NCBI GenBank assembly: GCA_977017645.1
Contig: OZ360237.1
Span: 72,912,001 to 72,976,000, forward strand
Reading direction: 5' to 3'
Length of the DNA: 64,000 nucleotides
Source: Torpedo marmorata
Lineage: Eukaryota
In this document: in pieces, positions 12,420 through 26,000 of the stretch
How positions within the stretch are numbered: position 1 is the stretch's first letter
How the letters are laid out: every line of letters starts with the position of its first letter
Notes under the pieces: generated by a model
The model's database searches: none
What the model was told of the DNA's origin: nothing
The model's input: only the letters and a program-made list of their open reading frames with translations
Program-made: the position numbers and the translations under genes

Positions 12420-13290
12420 TGGGAGACCAGTATTTATTGCTCATCCCTAACTGCAATTAGGAATGAAGAGCCTCCACCGCTGTCCACATGACGAAATTTC
12501 TCCTATCTTGCTCGAGAGCCAGGGTTTTGACCCAGTGATAATGTGGTGACTTGTGCCCAATGAGAGTATACAGGTGGAAACAATGCCATATCCTTGACTT
12601 CTGAGGTGGTAGAGGTTTTGGAATGGACATCAGAAAAATTTGTGAAGTTACTGCAATGCATTTTATGAATGATAAACACTATATTCATTGCAGCAGTGGC
12701 AAAAGGAGTGAATGTTTAAGATTGTGGATGGATGCTACTCAAATGAGCTACTTTGCCTTCAGTAGCATCAGGCTTCTCAGCTGTTCTTCGAGCGAGACTC
12801 ATTTGGCAAATGGAGAGTAGTCCATCACACTCTTGACCTTGCAAATAGCAGAAGTCAGGAGGTGAGTCATTCAATATGTAATACTCTAGGCTCTGACCTG
12901 CCCTGTATTTATGTTGCTGGACCATGGTTAATTCTGGCCCTGAATGTTGTGGGGAGACAGAGAGATAATTCAGTAATAGAATGCCATTGAACATCAATAA
13001 GGATGGATAGATTTCTCTTGCTGAATTGCCTAATGCTTGTGCACGCGAATATTACTTGCCACTTATCAGCCATGGCTGTTGTCTTGGTCTTGTGCCATTC
13101 AGATATAGATTATTTCATTATCTGAGGAGTTGAAAGTTGATTAACAAAAGCCCATTGATGAAGCAGCTGAAGATGGATGAGCCTTGAACACGGGACTGAG
13201 GAACCCTTGCAGCAATATTCTGTGGATGACATGATTGGCCTCCAACAACAGCAACTCTCCTTCTTAATTTTACTTAAGGCAGTGGAAAGT
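12420..13290 (-). mobile_element. Old decayed LINE (CR1/L2 group)
   Basis: Recognisable remnant motifs (TTTATTGCTCATCCCTAA.., GAACCCTTGCAGCAAT..GGCCTCCAACAAC). No ORF. Confidence 0.4.
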
Positions 13291-14489
13291 TTCATCCCTG
13301 ATTTCTATTGAAAGGAAGATTAAAGATAAAGTAATTCCACAATTTATGAACATTCCATTTATGATTTTTTTTTAAATAAAGCCATTAATTCTTTGGAGTC
13401 ATGAAAAATCAAAAGAACTCCAGATACTGGAAAGCTGAAATAAAAATAGAAATTTCTGGAAATGATCATCAAGATAGGCATCAGCTGTGCAATGAAAAAC
13501 AGAATTAAGTTTCATATTGAAGAATTGCTCTCTGGGGTACGTGAGTTTGATTTGCGCATTTAGTTTTTGCCATCACAAAGTGCACACCGCTCTCGGTGCA
13601 CGGGAATACAATGTGCCAAAATACTCAGAATGCATTTTACTAAAGCCTCTTCAATTTCCAGAATTTCACATAACAGTACGTTTTCTAGAAATGCAACCCT
13701 CTCATTAATCAAGGAGTTCCTGTACGCACTCTCCCATTCCTCGATGCTTCCCATGATACCAAGGAGTGAAATGAGGCCAAATTAATTCCAAACTGGTGGG
13801 ATAGTTTCTCATTATGGAGAGGTGCATCAGTGATACAACTGCACAGGGAGTGGGATTGCCGAGAGTGGAAGTGGGAGCTTGCTGATCAAGTAAAATCAAG
13901 TTCAAGTACATTATCACATGTACCAAGGTACAGTGATAGTTTGTTTTGCTCACAGTCATCTCCTACATAGCACAGCAGAGAAGTGCCAAGTTACAGAGAG
14001 AGATCAGAAAGAGATGTGGACCAGAACCAACGTGACACTAAAATTGAGCCATGGCTGGATGCACTAATGTAGCAGGCAATACTTTCTTTTACCACTCTCT
14101 CCACCTCATTCCTCCTGAGTTATCATTAATTACTATGTGTTTGTTCTAATTCTGCTGCTCAAATGCAGCCCTCATTTTGCTTAAAAAACTGTAGGTTCAG
14201 ATATTAAGGGGTATGCATTGGGAGTAATTATCTGTATTTCTGAATTAAAGTCGTAGATTCTTGGTTTGATCACTGATCTAAGTGACAACTTTTTCAAAGC
14301 ACATGCTAGACCTCTGCAGCTGCTGGTGTTCTTAACTCAGATGAAGGGAAATGTCCAGCAAGATTGAATAGATAGGGTCTCATTTCCATTAAAAAAACAT
14401 TTCTTGGCTGACAAGTACGGTTTCAGAGTGGATAAAGAATTTCCACTTGTGAGGGGGTGCATGTCCAGAGGTCAAAAATTCCGTTAAAA

Positions 14490-14670
14490 TCTGCAGATAT
14501 TGGAGACCTGAAATAAATCCAGAAAATACACTCAGCAGGACAAGGAGCATCTGCAGAAAGAGAAACAGTGAATGTTTTGGGTCCAGGTTGAAGGATCACA
14601 GACTATTTCTTTTCACAGATGCTGCCTGACATGCTGTGTTTCCAGCTGGTTCTGTAGTTATTCCAGAATT
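14490..14670. mobile_element. Head-to-head pair of old PLE-tail remnants
   Basis: CACTCAGCAGGACAAGGAGCATCTG is an imperfect inverted match to CAGATGCTGCCTGACATGCTGTGT. Confidence 0.6.
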
Positions 14671-14947
14671 TTGTCGACAATTTTGATGTCCTTTCCTACT
14701 TCTTGTCGAGGGCGAAGATTCATCAGACTGCACCCAGGTTGACAGGTTCACCATATGAGGAGAGATTGAAAAGGCTAGGCTTTGTCTTTTGGAATTTTCT
14801 AGAATGGGAATTGACTTCACTGAGAAAGGACTTGAGAGGAGAGTCTGGGGAAGATGCTTCTCCTGCCTATTAGGTTAGAGTTTGGGGCACACAAATAAAA
14901 AGTAGGATATTTAGGACAGAGGTGAGGAGGAATTTCTTAATGTAGAG

Positions 14948-15124
14948 CAAGAGTGGCCAACCTTTTAATTTTTAATTTAGACATACAGCACAGTAACAGG
15001 CCATTTCGGCCCACGAGTCCGTGCCGCCCAATTAACCTACACCCCCAGTACGTACTCGTGGCCCGAAATGGCCTGTTACCGTGATGTATGTCTAAATTAA
15101 AAATTAAAAGGTTGGCCACCCCTG
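14948..15124. mobile_element. Hairpin element: hAT/Charlie-like termini enclosing two inverted SINE 3' tails, inserted in an old CR1 3' region (about 14750-15260, +)
   Basis: 71-bp arms 14948-15018 / 15054-15124 with 5 mismatches and a 35-nt loop. Confidence 0.75.
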
Positions 15125-15939
15125 ACACTGAGGGTGGTGAATCTTTGCAATACTGTGCCCCAGATGGTTGTAGAGACATGGATTGTTCTCAAAGCAGAGA
15201 TCAATACATTTCTAGATGCTAATGAGTCAAGCAATAGGATAGTGCAGGAAAGTGGTGTTAAGGTGTATCACCCATATGCTTTGTAAGTGTTTCTTTCCTG
15301 CCATGATCAGCTTTCCTGCATGAACCCCAAAACAGTAAAATGATTGCTACCTTTGTTCTGTACCATCTGATCTCTCTCTCTCTCTGTAACACTGCTATGG
15401 GCCTTATTTGTTGTACTATGTATGTGATGTCGAATAGTCTGCAAGCAAAACAACCTCTATCACTGCATCTTTGTAGATGTGACAATAAACAAGCTTGATT
15501 TTACTTGATTTACTTGAACAACAGAGCAGACCCGGCTCCTCCTTCTTCTGTTCTCCTGTATTATGCTACGATGAGGTATGAATGTGGGACCCATTACCAC
15601 AGGAAGTCACTGGAGTGAATAGTATAGGTACATTAAAGGGGAGGCTGGACAAGCATCTGAGGGAGAAGGAAATAGGGGATAACGCTGCATCTGAGGTACA
15701 AGGGAATAGGGGGTTACTGATGGATTTGCTTGAGATATGTCAGGAGGAAGCTTAAAAGGCGCAAAAGTAGTAGCATGGGATTATTGGGCCAAATGACCTG
15801 CTTCTGTGCCATGCATCCCATGTGCCATGGTACAGCGGAAGGGTTCAACAATAATATCAGGAATGAAGGGCTCAGTCCTGAAACGTTGGTTACGAATGCT
15901 GTGTCACCAGCTGAGTTTCTCCAGCACTTTTCTGTGTTG

Positions 15940-16910
15940 CAGTACAGCGCAGGAACAGGCTTTTCAGCCTACAATGTCTGTGCTGAGCACGATGCCAAAT
16001 TAAACTAAATCTCTGCTGCCGGCTCATGATCCATACTCCTCCACTCTGCATATTCATGCCTCTGTCCAAAAGCCTCTTCAACGCTTTGGTTGTATCTGCT
16101 TCCACCACTGCTCCTTGAAGCCCATTCCAGACACCAATCACTCTGCGCAAAAAAACTTCAGAATCAGAATCAGAATTTATTTTCATGAACAAATCACGAA
16201 ATTCAGTGTTTTGCGGCAGCATCATAGTGCAAACATTCATATTATGAACCATCTTGCAACAATAATATAAAAAATAAAAATAATAGTGCACGAAAAGTAA
16301 GGCAGTGTCTTTGGTTCATTGATTATTCAGGAATCTGATGGCAGCGGGGAAGAAGCTGTCCTTGTGCCGCTGAGTGCTCGTCTTTAGGCTCCTGTACCTT
16401 TTTCCTGATGGTAGCAGAGTGAAGAGGGCATGGCCTGGGTGGTGGGGGTCTTTGATGACAGAGGTTGCTTTTTTAAGACACTGCCTCATGTAGATGTCCT
16501 CGATGGAGTGGAGTCTGGTGCCTGAGATGTCGCAGGCCGAGTTAACAACCCTCTGGAGTTTATTCTTGTCTTGAGATTTGGCGCCTCCATACCAAACAGT
16601 GATGCAACCAGCCTGTATGCTCTCGACGGTACACCTGTAGACGTTTTCGAGAGTCTTCAGTGACATGCCGAATCTCCTCAAGCACCTCACAAAGTATAGC
16701 CGCTGACGAGTCTTCTTCGTGATTGCATCATTATGGAGGCTCCAGGACAGATCCTCGGAGATGTTGACACCCAGGAATTTGAAGTTGCACATTGCTTTTA
16801 AACTTCTCCTCCCTCATCTTAAGTGCATGTGCTCTAATACTTGACCTCTTTATCCAAGGAAATATGATTCTGACTCTACCCTATCATAATTTGATAAACT
16901 TCCATCAGGG
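15940..16910 (-). mobile_element. CR1 LINE 3' end split by a Rex insertion
   Basis: 15940-16159 and 16786-16910 are collinear with the CR1 3' region at 23070-23420. Confidence 0.7.
16160..16785 (-). mobile_element. Rex1/Babar family A, 5'-truncated
   Basis: ORF 16316-16792 ends ..FFPAAIRFLNNQ. (TTCTGA)n tail. Confidence 0.95.
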
Positions 16911-17352
16911 TAAGATGTCCCCTGTAAAATTTCCCTTCCTCAATAGTATTCAATAACTCCTGGCACAGAGGTGCACACACGGATGAGATCAGAATCTGAT
17001 GTGGGGAGTGGGGGGGTGGGGGGGGGGGAGCGGTGCAGAGTTTGTAAAAAGAATTGAACTGTATCTCAGAAAGATTTGTTTCTAAGAAGAGATCATACTG
17101 TATGTAATAGCTGAACAACTAGGGGCTGTTAAGTACGTAAGGCAATTTGTAAAGATAATGAGTCCACTGAAAGAGGATTGTATGAATTGCTTTAAACTAC
17201 ACAAGTGACCCTTTGTTAGTCAACATGCTTAGCACCATTGTAAATTAATCCAGGCCTGAATGGACTCCTGTGTCCCTCATAATAACATATTTTAGATTAA
17301 ACGCATAAAACTTTGTTCGAACGTAAATCCTAATTTAGCATTGTATGCACCA

Positions 17353-18376
17353 GAATCAGAATCAGAATCAGAATTTATTGTCATGAACAAGTCATGAAAT
17401 TTGGTGTTTTGTGGCAGCATCATAGTGCAAACATTCATATTATTACCATCTTACGACATTACTATAAAAAATATATATAAATAATAGTGCACGAAAAGTA
17501 CCGGTAAGTCAGGGTCTTTGGTGCATTGATTATTCAGGAATCTGATGGCAGCGGGGAAGAAGCTGTCCTTGTGCCATTGAGTGCTCTTCTTTAGGCTCCT
17601 GTGCCTTTATCCCGATGGTAACAGAGTGAAGAGGGCATGGCCTGGGTGGTGGGGGTCTTTGATGACAGAGGTTGCTTTTTTAAGACACCGCCTCATGTAG
17701 ATGTCCTCGATGGAGTGAAGTCTGGTGCCTTTGATGTCACAGGCCGAGTTAACAACCCTCTGGAGTTTATTCTTGTCCTGAGAGTTGGCGCCTCCATACC
17801 AGGCAGTGATGCAACCAGCCAGAATGCTCTCCACGGTACACCTGTAGAAGTTTACGAGAGTCTTCGGTGAAATACCGAATCTCCTCAGACACCTCACAAA
17901 GTATAGCCTTCTTTGTGATTGCATCAACATGGAGGCTCCAGAACAGATCCTCGGAGATGTTGACACCCAGGAATTTGAAGTTCTTGACCCTCTCCACGAG
18001 TGAGCCCTCGATGAGGACTGGGTCGTGTTCCCCTGACTTCCTCCTGAAGTCCACAATCATCTCCTTGGTTTTGCTGACGTTGAGCGCAAGGTTGTTGTCG
18101 TTACACCATTCAACGAGCTGATCTATCTCCCTCCTGTACGCTTCCTCATTGCCGTTTGTGATTCTGCCAACAACTGTGGTGTCATCGGCAAACTTGTAGA
18201 TAGCATTGGAATTGTGCCTGGTCCCACAGTCATGGGTGTATAGCGAGTAGAGCAGTGGACTAAGCACGCATCCTTGGGGTGCGCCTGGGTTGATAATCAG
18301 TGAGGAGGAGACGTTGTTTCCAATTCGTACTGACTGTGGTCTTCCGATGAGAAAGTCAAGGATCCAGATGCAGAGT
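17353..18376 (-). mobile_element. Rex1/Babar family A, 5'-truncated
   Basis: [22 protein letters not shown] motifs, repeat tail, 7-bp TSD TGCACCA (17346-17352 / 18377-18383). Confidence 0.95.
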
Positions 18377-18929
18377 TGCACCAAAGCAGAATGTGGGTGA
18401 TTTGGCTGCTGCTTGCTTCATGTTGGCATAGTTAGGCTTTGAGTATAAACGTTAGATTGTTAGGGATGTAAATCATTTCTTACCGCAGCCTACAACAATT
18501 ATGTTTACTGATTGGCACAAGCAATTATTGAATTGCCTCAAGCAAAGTATTCCCAGCTTCTTGTCCTGGGTTGTTGATGACAGTCATTAACATTTTAGTT
18601 TGTGTGTCACGCAGGTTTGCTGTACCCAGTAGGAGTATAACGTTCCAAAGTATTTGAACACTCTGTCTATCTTCGTTCGTAATTTTTTTTTTTGTTGGGA
18701 GTTAAAAAAACACAATCTACAAAAGCCTCTTTAAAGATACAGACTCTGGAACTGGGCCTGTTCAAACAGGAAGCAGAAACCAGAGACAAAAGCTTAGGAC
18801 TGGGTGAGCTACATGTAGTAAGGCACTGGCTGCATGGAACTGCAAATTGACAGAGCATATGTGACAATATGTTGGAAAAAGGAAAAAAAGTACCAGTACA
18901 TTGAAATTGAGGAATCTAAGTTCGTCAGG

Positions 18930-19310
18930 GTACATATGGTGTAATACCACAGTGGAAGAAAGGAATTGGGCAGCTAGTTGTGACCAGTCACTGACAGTGT
19001 GGAAGAATGGGAGGACTGTGAGCAGTACAAAGCTGGTGAAGAGTGGGGATTGGGCAGTGAAGCATTGCTCTTCACCAGCAGTGAGGTGAGGATGGGGCAG
19101 TGAAGCATAGATCTACACTGGCAGTGAGGAATGGGGATTGGGAAGCACCGTGTCTCTACACTGGCAGTAAGTCATGGAGTTGGTGGAGCAGTGTGGTTTT
19201 ATATTGGCAGTGCATAATAAGGGCAGTACAGTGTGGCTCAACATTGGGAGTAAAGAGTGGGGATTGGGCAGTGTCATGTCACTGTGCACTGGCGGGAAGA
19301 AATCATGAGT
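18930..19310. repeat. Degenerate minisatellite, unit about 40 bp (CACTGGCAGTGAGGAGTGGGGATTGGGCAGT...)
   Basis: Recurring TGGGGATTGGG and CACTGGCAGT motifs at roughly 40-bp spacing. Confidence 0.6.
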
Positions 19311-19789
19311 TGAAGTCCCACCTGCTGCCATTGGAGTGGAACATCCACAAAGTGAGCGAATTGTCAGCAGACTCCCCACATGCAATTCTTTATATCACCC
19401 TTAAAGAGTAACTCTGTGTCAAGAGGGCAAGAACAATTCAAATTGTCATTGTTTTCACTCATTATTCCATTCCCAAGACCACGCTCTCCCTGACCTGAGA
19501 ATGTGATTAAAACAGGAATTTCCTGCCTGGCTTGGTTGAATGGTTCAATCCGCAGCACAGTGAGTTTACCAGCCAATGGGAAATCTCTGGAGCATTGTTG
19601 TGATTCAACATCTAAACAAAGTACTCAAAGTTCACACTGATTCTGCCACGATTTCTGACAGGATGGCATCACTGCCTGTTTTATGATGATTTATTACAGG
19701 CGTATGGATTTTTCTGGCATCTTTACAATAATGTTCCTCACAGGTGGCTCATTTGAGTAAAAGTTTGGCTGCAAATCTTATGAGCTGAA

Positions 19790-20082
19790 AAATCACTTTT
19801 TCCCAGGGTAGGAAATACTTAAGGGCATAACTTTAAGGTGAGCCGGGCAAAGTTTAAAGGTGATTTATAAGGCAAGTTTTTCCACACAGAAAACGTGCTG
19901 GAACACGTTGCCAGCGGAGGTGGCAAAAGCAGATATTATAACAACATGTAAGATGCATTTAGGTGGACAGATGGAATGGAGTGATATAGACTATGTGCAG
20001 ACAGATGAGATTAGATTAAATTGGCATCATGGACACCTTGGACATTGTGGGCCAAATGTTCTCTGCCTGATGTTCTATGTAT
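19790..20082 (+). mobile_element. CR1 LINE 3' end, decayed
   Basis: GGGCATAACTTTAAGGTGAG..TGGAACACGTTGCCAGCGGAGGTGG..GGGCCAAATG; reverse-complement match to 23070-23350. Confidence 0.75.
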
Positions 20083-21379
20083 ATGAAGACTGGCAATTGA
20101 ATGCTTGGTCCGATAAGTAGGTTATAACAGAAAATATTGGAAATACTCAGAGTTTACGCAACATCTCAAGGACAACTCTCATGAGAATCCATGTTCATTT
20201 AAAAAAATGCATCGAGCATTTAGTGTGAGCAAGAGGAGGAAGTGCTGGAATGCTTTTTAGTTTAAATGGGCCTCAGGGGTTGCCCAAAGGGTTGTGGGAA
20301 AGGAAGGTGAAATGATAGAATAAAGGACTGGATGAATGCAGCTCGAGCCATTTCTCAGAAGAATGTCATTTACCTGAGTCTGTTTCTCTTTCCGCACATG
20401 CTACCTGACCTGCTGAGTGTTTTGAACTTTTCCTGTTTATATTACAAATTTCCAATATATGCAGTTTTACTTGATCTTTTTTTTTATTACAGTGGTACGA
20501 AGTAGGACAGAAATAAGAGTTTTTTTTTGTTGGAATTGGATGATTGTTGGAGGAGCAGTTCCAGAGTTGGGGGTGGGAGAAGCAAACCTCCACCCTGTGT
20601 AAAATGGGTTCAAGATTCCCAGAAGATGACTAAACATGGAATGAGCACCAATGACTCTTATATTTGTTCTTCCATTCATAGTTATCTGCTTGTGTTGATA
20701 GATTTGCTTTGTAGGAATTTGTATGAAGAGGGTTTTGGATTGGGATTGTGGGTGGATCGCAAGAAAACTGGCAATCTATGGAACTGCCTGAATTTGATGT
20801 CTTCATTCCTTGTTGTATCACCTCACCTCCCTCAACCACCAACTCCAACCCTCCCCATCTCACTTTAAAATTTAAAAAAACATTCCGACATTTTTTCATG
20901 CTGCCCACACTTAAATGCTCAATGAAAGTTGAAACGCACGTGGGTGTTTACATGCACCTCGCACAGAAAGGTCGGAAAGAAAGATTTTTCCTATTAATCC
21001 ACTAGTTGCTGGGATGGAAGCTGATTAGCATGTTGATAATGGAAGTCTAAAATGAAATGGGACAAACCCTGGTTTGAAGAGTGACTATTCTTACAGTAAA
21101 ACAAAGGGCATTTTGTTGGCCAAGGTGGCAGCACAAAGACATTGGCTGATTGACATTTGTATGCGGGCGTGTCAGTGACTTTGACAGAGATTTTCAATGA
21201 AACCTTTGTTTGGAGAGCTTGTCGTGTTCTACTGCTAGGGAAACTGTTTTCATTTTCTTATCGGTACTGTGCTAGCTGGGATTGCTATTAAAGAACTGCT
21301 CGATTCTTATGATGATTTATGATGTGCAGTTCAAAGTACACACTACTTTAATTTGGAATTGAAAACTTGGATAAATCAT

Positions 21380-21785
21380 AGAATTATGGAAGCAGAAATG
21401 GTCCCTTCTATCCATAATATACATCTTAAGCAACAGGTACCTATCAATATTTTTCCAATTTATTAGCACTTGATCTGTAGGTCTTCTATGCCTTGGCGAT
21501 TCATGTGTTCATCGAGGTACTTCTTAACTGTTGTGAGATTACCTGTCTCCACCAGTGACTCAAGCAGTGCGTTCCAAATTGCAACCACTTTCTGGGTGAA
21601 TAGGTTTTTCCTCAGATCCCTCTAAAACTTGTATCACTTGCCTAAATTCATGCCATCTGGTTTTAGATACTTAGGCTATTGGGAAAAAATTCCGACTAGT
21701 TATCTTGTGGATGCCCGTCATAATTTTATAACACTCCATCAGATCCCACTCCAGCCTTCCTCACTCCAAGGAAGACAAACCAGGC
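21380..21785 (-). mobile_element. CR1 LINE 3' end, decayed
   Basis: ATCATAGAAT tail and ACCACTTTCTGGGTGAA..CCTCAGATCCCTCTAAA, collinear with the 23052 copy. Confidence 0.7.
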
Positions 21786-22039
21786 CTCAAGCAGTGTTCT
21801 TGTCCCCCAGTTCCCACATACACTCTCCAGCTGCAGCTTTTCAGGTTGGAACTCCTTGCCCTCACCCCTTCATCCTCCTACCTTGCGAAGTGATGAGTTG
21901 GCCGAACTCAACAAAGGCAATGATATGATTGGTAAAAGTTAATAATGCTTCTAGTTCAGAGAGGGGGCACATCAGAGAGCATTCTTGCTGAAGATATATA
22001 TAAAAACAAAGGAGCTGGTCCTAGACTTCAGGGAGTGGG

Positions 22040-22710
22040 AGGAAGCACACACTCTCATAGTCAACGGTGCTTAGGTGGAGAGCGTTACGTTTGTAGGTGC
22101 AGCTATCGCAAACAATCTTTCTTGGTTCAACCACATTGATGCCACAGCCAAGAAAGTGCAGCTACGCCACTGAAAAGAATAAAAGAAACTCAGCAAGTCC
22201 CCAATGTCTCCTACTAACTTTGATAGGTGCGCCATGGAAATATCCTATCCAGAGGCACCACTGCTTGCTATGGGAACTGCTCTGTCCAAGACTGTGATAA
22301 ATTTCAGAGAGTTGTGAATGCAACTCAGGCCATCAGACAAAGCAACTGACCCTCCATTAACTCTGTCTACACTTTCTGCTGCCTCGGGATAGCAGCCAAC
22401 ATAAAAGGCCTACTCCACCTTGGCCACCTTCTCTTCTTTCCCCTCCTGCCAGGCAGAAAATACTTGAGTGTGAAAACACACATCACAAGATTCGGAAACA
22501 GTTTCTTTCCCACTGTTATCAGATGGTTGAATTAACCTCCCATTGGTAGAATGGTGGTTCTCTTGCACTGTTTTAATTGAATAGTTTCTCACTACCACTG
22601 TACTCTGCACTTTTGTTTTATTTTGCAGTTAAATATGGACGACGCCGAGATAGCACACAAAACAAAGCTTTCCACTGCACCTCGGTGCATATGACAACAA
22701 ACACCTCACT
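22040..22710 (+). mobile_element. Old Rex1/Babar-like LINE 3' part (third family)
   Basis: Degenerate equivalents of LSW..HIDA..KK and FFP..IR coding segments. Ends ATGACAACAAA. Confidence 0.65.
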
Positions 22711-23051
22711 ATCAAGGCTCTGCAATGATGCTTCTTCCTCCACATCCTCTCCAATGAAAAGTTTATTGGCAGCTGCCCTCAGGTCTTTTACATGAAAAAT
22801 TGCCATTTGGTAAAGAAACAAGGTTTAAATATTTGGAACTGGAACAATCCTACAAGATTTTTCTGTGCTGATTTGACCTGTTAGATAAGGTTTTGAAAAA
22901 TGAAGATTTACCTCAGGAGAGAGCTGCTTATTTATTTTAGTATTGCAATCTTTTTAAAACAACTTTGTTTGTGTAAGCATGTTGTCTGGGCACCCAAAAC
23001 AGCTGACCAGAAGATGCTACTCTACTCTATTCCAAATCAAAATTTTGTAAT

Positions 23052-26000
23052 CATAAAACCATAGATCATTACAGCACAGAAACAGGCCCCTTCGGCCCTT
23101 CTAATCTGTGCCAAGAAAATGTTTTGCCTTGTCCCACTGACCTGCACCCAGTCCATAACCCTCCATACCTCTCCCATCCATGTACCTGTCCAAATTCTTC
23201 TTAAATGTTAAAATTGAGCCCACATTCTCCACCTCAGCTGGCAGCTCGTTCCACACCCCCACCACTCTCTGTGTGAAGAAGTTCCCCCTCTCATGTTCCC
23301 CTAAACTTTTCCCCTTTCACTCTTAACCCATGTCCTCTGGTTTGTATCTCACCTACCCTCAATGGAAAAAGCCTATCTACACTTAATCTGTCTATCCCCC
23401 TCATAATTTTAAATACCTCTATCAAATCTCCCCTCATTCTTCTACGCTACAGGGAATAAAGTCCTAACCTGTTTAACCTTTCCCTGTAACTCAGTTCCTG
23501 AAATTCGGGCAACATCCCAGTACATCTTCTCTGCACTCTTTCTATCTTATTGATATCTTTCCTTTAGTTAGGTGACCAAAACTGCACACAATACTCCAAA
23601 TTTGGCCTCACCAATGTCTTATACAACTTTACCATAACATCCCAACTCCTATACTCAATACTTTTATTTATGAAGGCCAATATGGCAAAAGCTCTCTTTA
23701 TAACCCTATCCACCTGTGACGCCACTTTCAGGGAATTATGTATCTGTATTCCCAGGTCCCTCTGTTCTACCGCACTCCTCAGCGCCCTACCATTTACCGT
23801 GTATGTCCTTTCTTGGTTTGTCCTTCCGAAATGCAACACCTCACGCTTGTCTGTATTAAATTCCATCTGTCGTTTTTCAGCCCATTTTCCCAGCCGGTCC
23901 AGATCCGTCTGCAAGCTTTGAAAACCTTCTTCGCTGTCCACACCTCTAATCTTAGTGTCACTGCAAAATTGCTGATCCAATTTACCACATTATCATCCAG
24001 AGCATTGATATAGATGACAAACAACAATGGTCCCAGCACTGATCCTGAGGCACACCACTAGTCACAGGTTTCCATTCTGAGAAGCAGTCATCCACCACTA
24101 CTCTCTGGCTTCTCCCATCCAGCCATAGTCAAATCCAATTCGCTACTTCACCATGAATAACTAGCATCTGAACCTTCCTGACTAACCTCCCATGTGGGAC
24201 CTTGTCAAAGGCCTTACTAAAGTCTATGTAGACAACATCCACACCCTTTCCTTTGTCAACTTTCCTGGTAACCTCCTCGAAAAACTCTATATGATTGGTT
24301 AAATCAGAATCAGAATCAGAATCAGAATTTATTGTCATGAACAAGTCATGAAATTCGGTGTTTTGTGGCAGCATCATAGTGCAATTAACATTCATATTAA
24401 CCATCTAACGACATTACTATAAAAAATTATAAACAATAGTGCACGAAAAGTAAGGCAGTGTCTTTGGTTCATTGATTATTCAGGAATCTGATGGCAGCGG
24501 GGAAGAAGCTGTCCTTGTGCCGTTGAGTGCTCGTCGTTAGGCTCCTGTACCTTTTTCCCGATGGAAGCAGAGTGAAGAGGGCATGGCCTGGGTGGTGGGG
24601 GTCTTTGAGGATAGAGGTTGCTTTTTTAAGACACCACCTCATGTAGATGTCCTCGATGAAGTGAAGTTTGGTGCCTGTGATGTCACAGGCCGAGTTAACA
24701 ACCTTCTGGAGTTTACTCTTGTCCTGGGAGTTGGCGCCTCCATACCAGGCAGTGATGCAACCAGCCAGAATGCTCTCCACGGTACAGCTGTAGAAGTTTA
24801 CGAGAGTCTTTGGTGACATACCGAATTTCCGCAGACACCTCACAAAGTATAGCTGCTGACGAGCCTTTTTTGTGATTGCATCAACGTGGATGCTCCAGGA
24901 CAGATCCTCGGAGATGTTGACACCCAGGAATTTGAAGATCTTGACCCTCTCCCCTACTGAGCCCTCGATGAGGACTGGGTCATGTTCCCCTGACTTCTCC
25001 CTGAAGTCCACAATCATTCTCCTTGGTTTTGCTGACGTTGAGCTCAAGGATGTGGCCATTACACCATTCAACGAGCTGATCTATCTCCCTCCTGTACGCT
25101 TCCTCATTGCCGTTTGTGATTCTGCCGACAACTGTGGTGTCATCGGCAAACTTGTAGATGGCATTGGCTTTGTGCCTGGCCCCACAGTCATGGGTGTATA
25201 ACGAGTAGAGCAGTGGACTAAGCACGCATCCTTGGGGTGCGCCTGTGTTGATAATCAGTGAGGAGGAGACGTTGTTTCCAATTCATACTGACTGGTCTTC
25301 CGATGAGAAAGTCAAGGATCCAGTTGCAGAGGGGGATACAGAGGCCTAGAGTTTGTAGCTTCTTGACCAGCACTGAGGGAATAATGGTATTGAAGGCCGA
25401 GCTGTAGTCGATGAAGAGCAACCATATGTATGAATTGCTGTTTTCGAGGTGATCCAGAGCTGAGTGGAGAGCCAGCGATATTGCATCTGCTGTGGAGTGA
25501 TTGTGGCGATAGGCGAATTGCAGTGTGTCCAGATCTTTGCTTAGGTATGTGTTAATTCTGGCCATGACCAGCCTCTCAAAGCATTTCATCACAGTAGAAG
25601 TTAGTGCTACTGGGCAGTAGTTGTTGAGGCAGCCCACACTACTCTTCTTGGGTACCGGGATGATTGATGCCCTTTTGAAGCAGGTGGGAACCTCTGACTG
25701 CCGCAATGAGAGGTTGAAAATGTCCGTGAACACTCCATCTAGTTGGTTGGCGCAGATTTTCAATACCCTGCCAGGTATGCCGTCAGGGCCTGACGCCTTG
25801 CGAGGGTTCACCCTCTTGAATGATGTTCTGACGTCACCCTCAGAGTCAGATATCACAGGGTCCTCAGCCTTTTAAGGGATTCTAGTAGGCACTGTTTTGT
25901 TCTTCTTCTCAAAGCGGGCATAGAAGATGTTCAGCTCATCGGGTAGTGAAGCATCACAGCCGTCTATAGTGTTCGCCCTCGCTTTGTAGGCTGTAATGGC

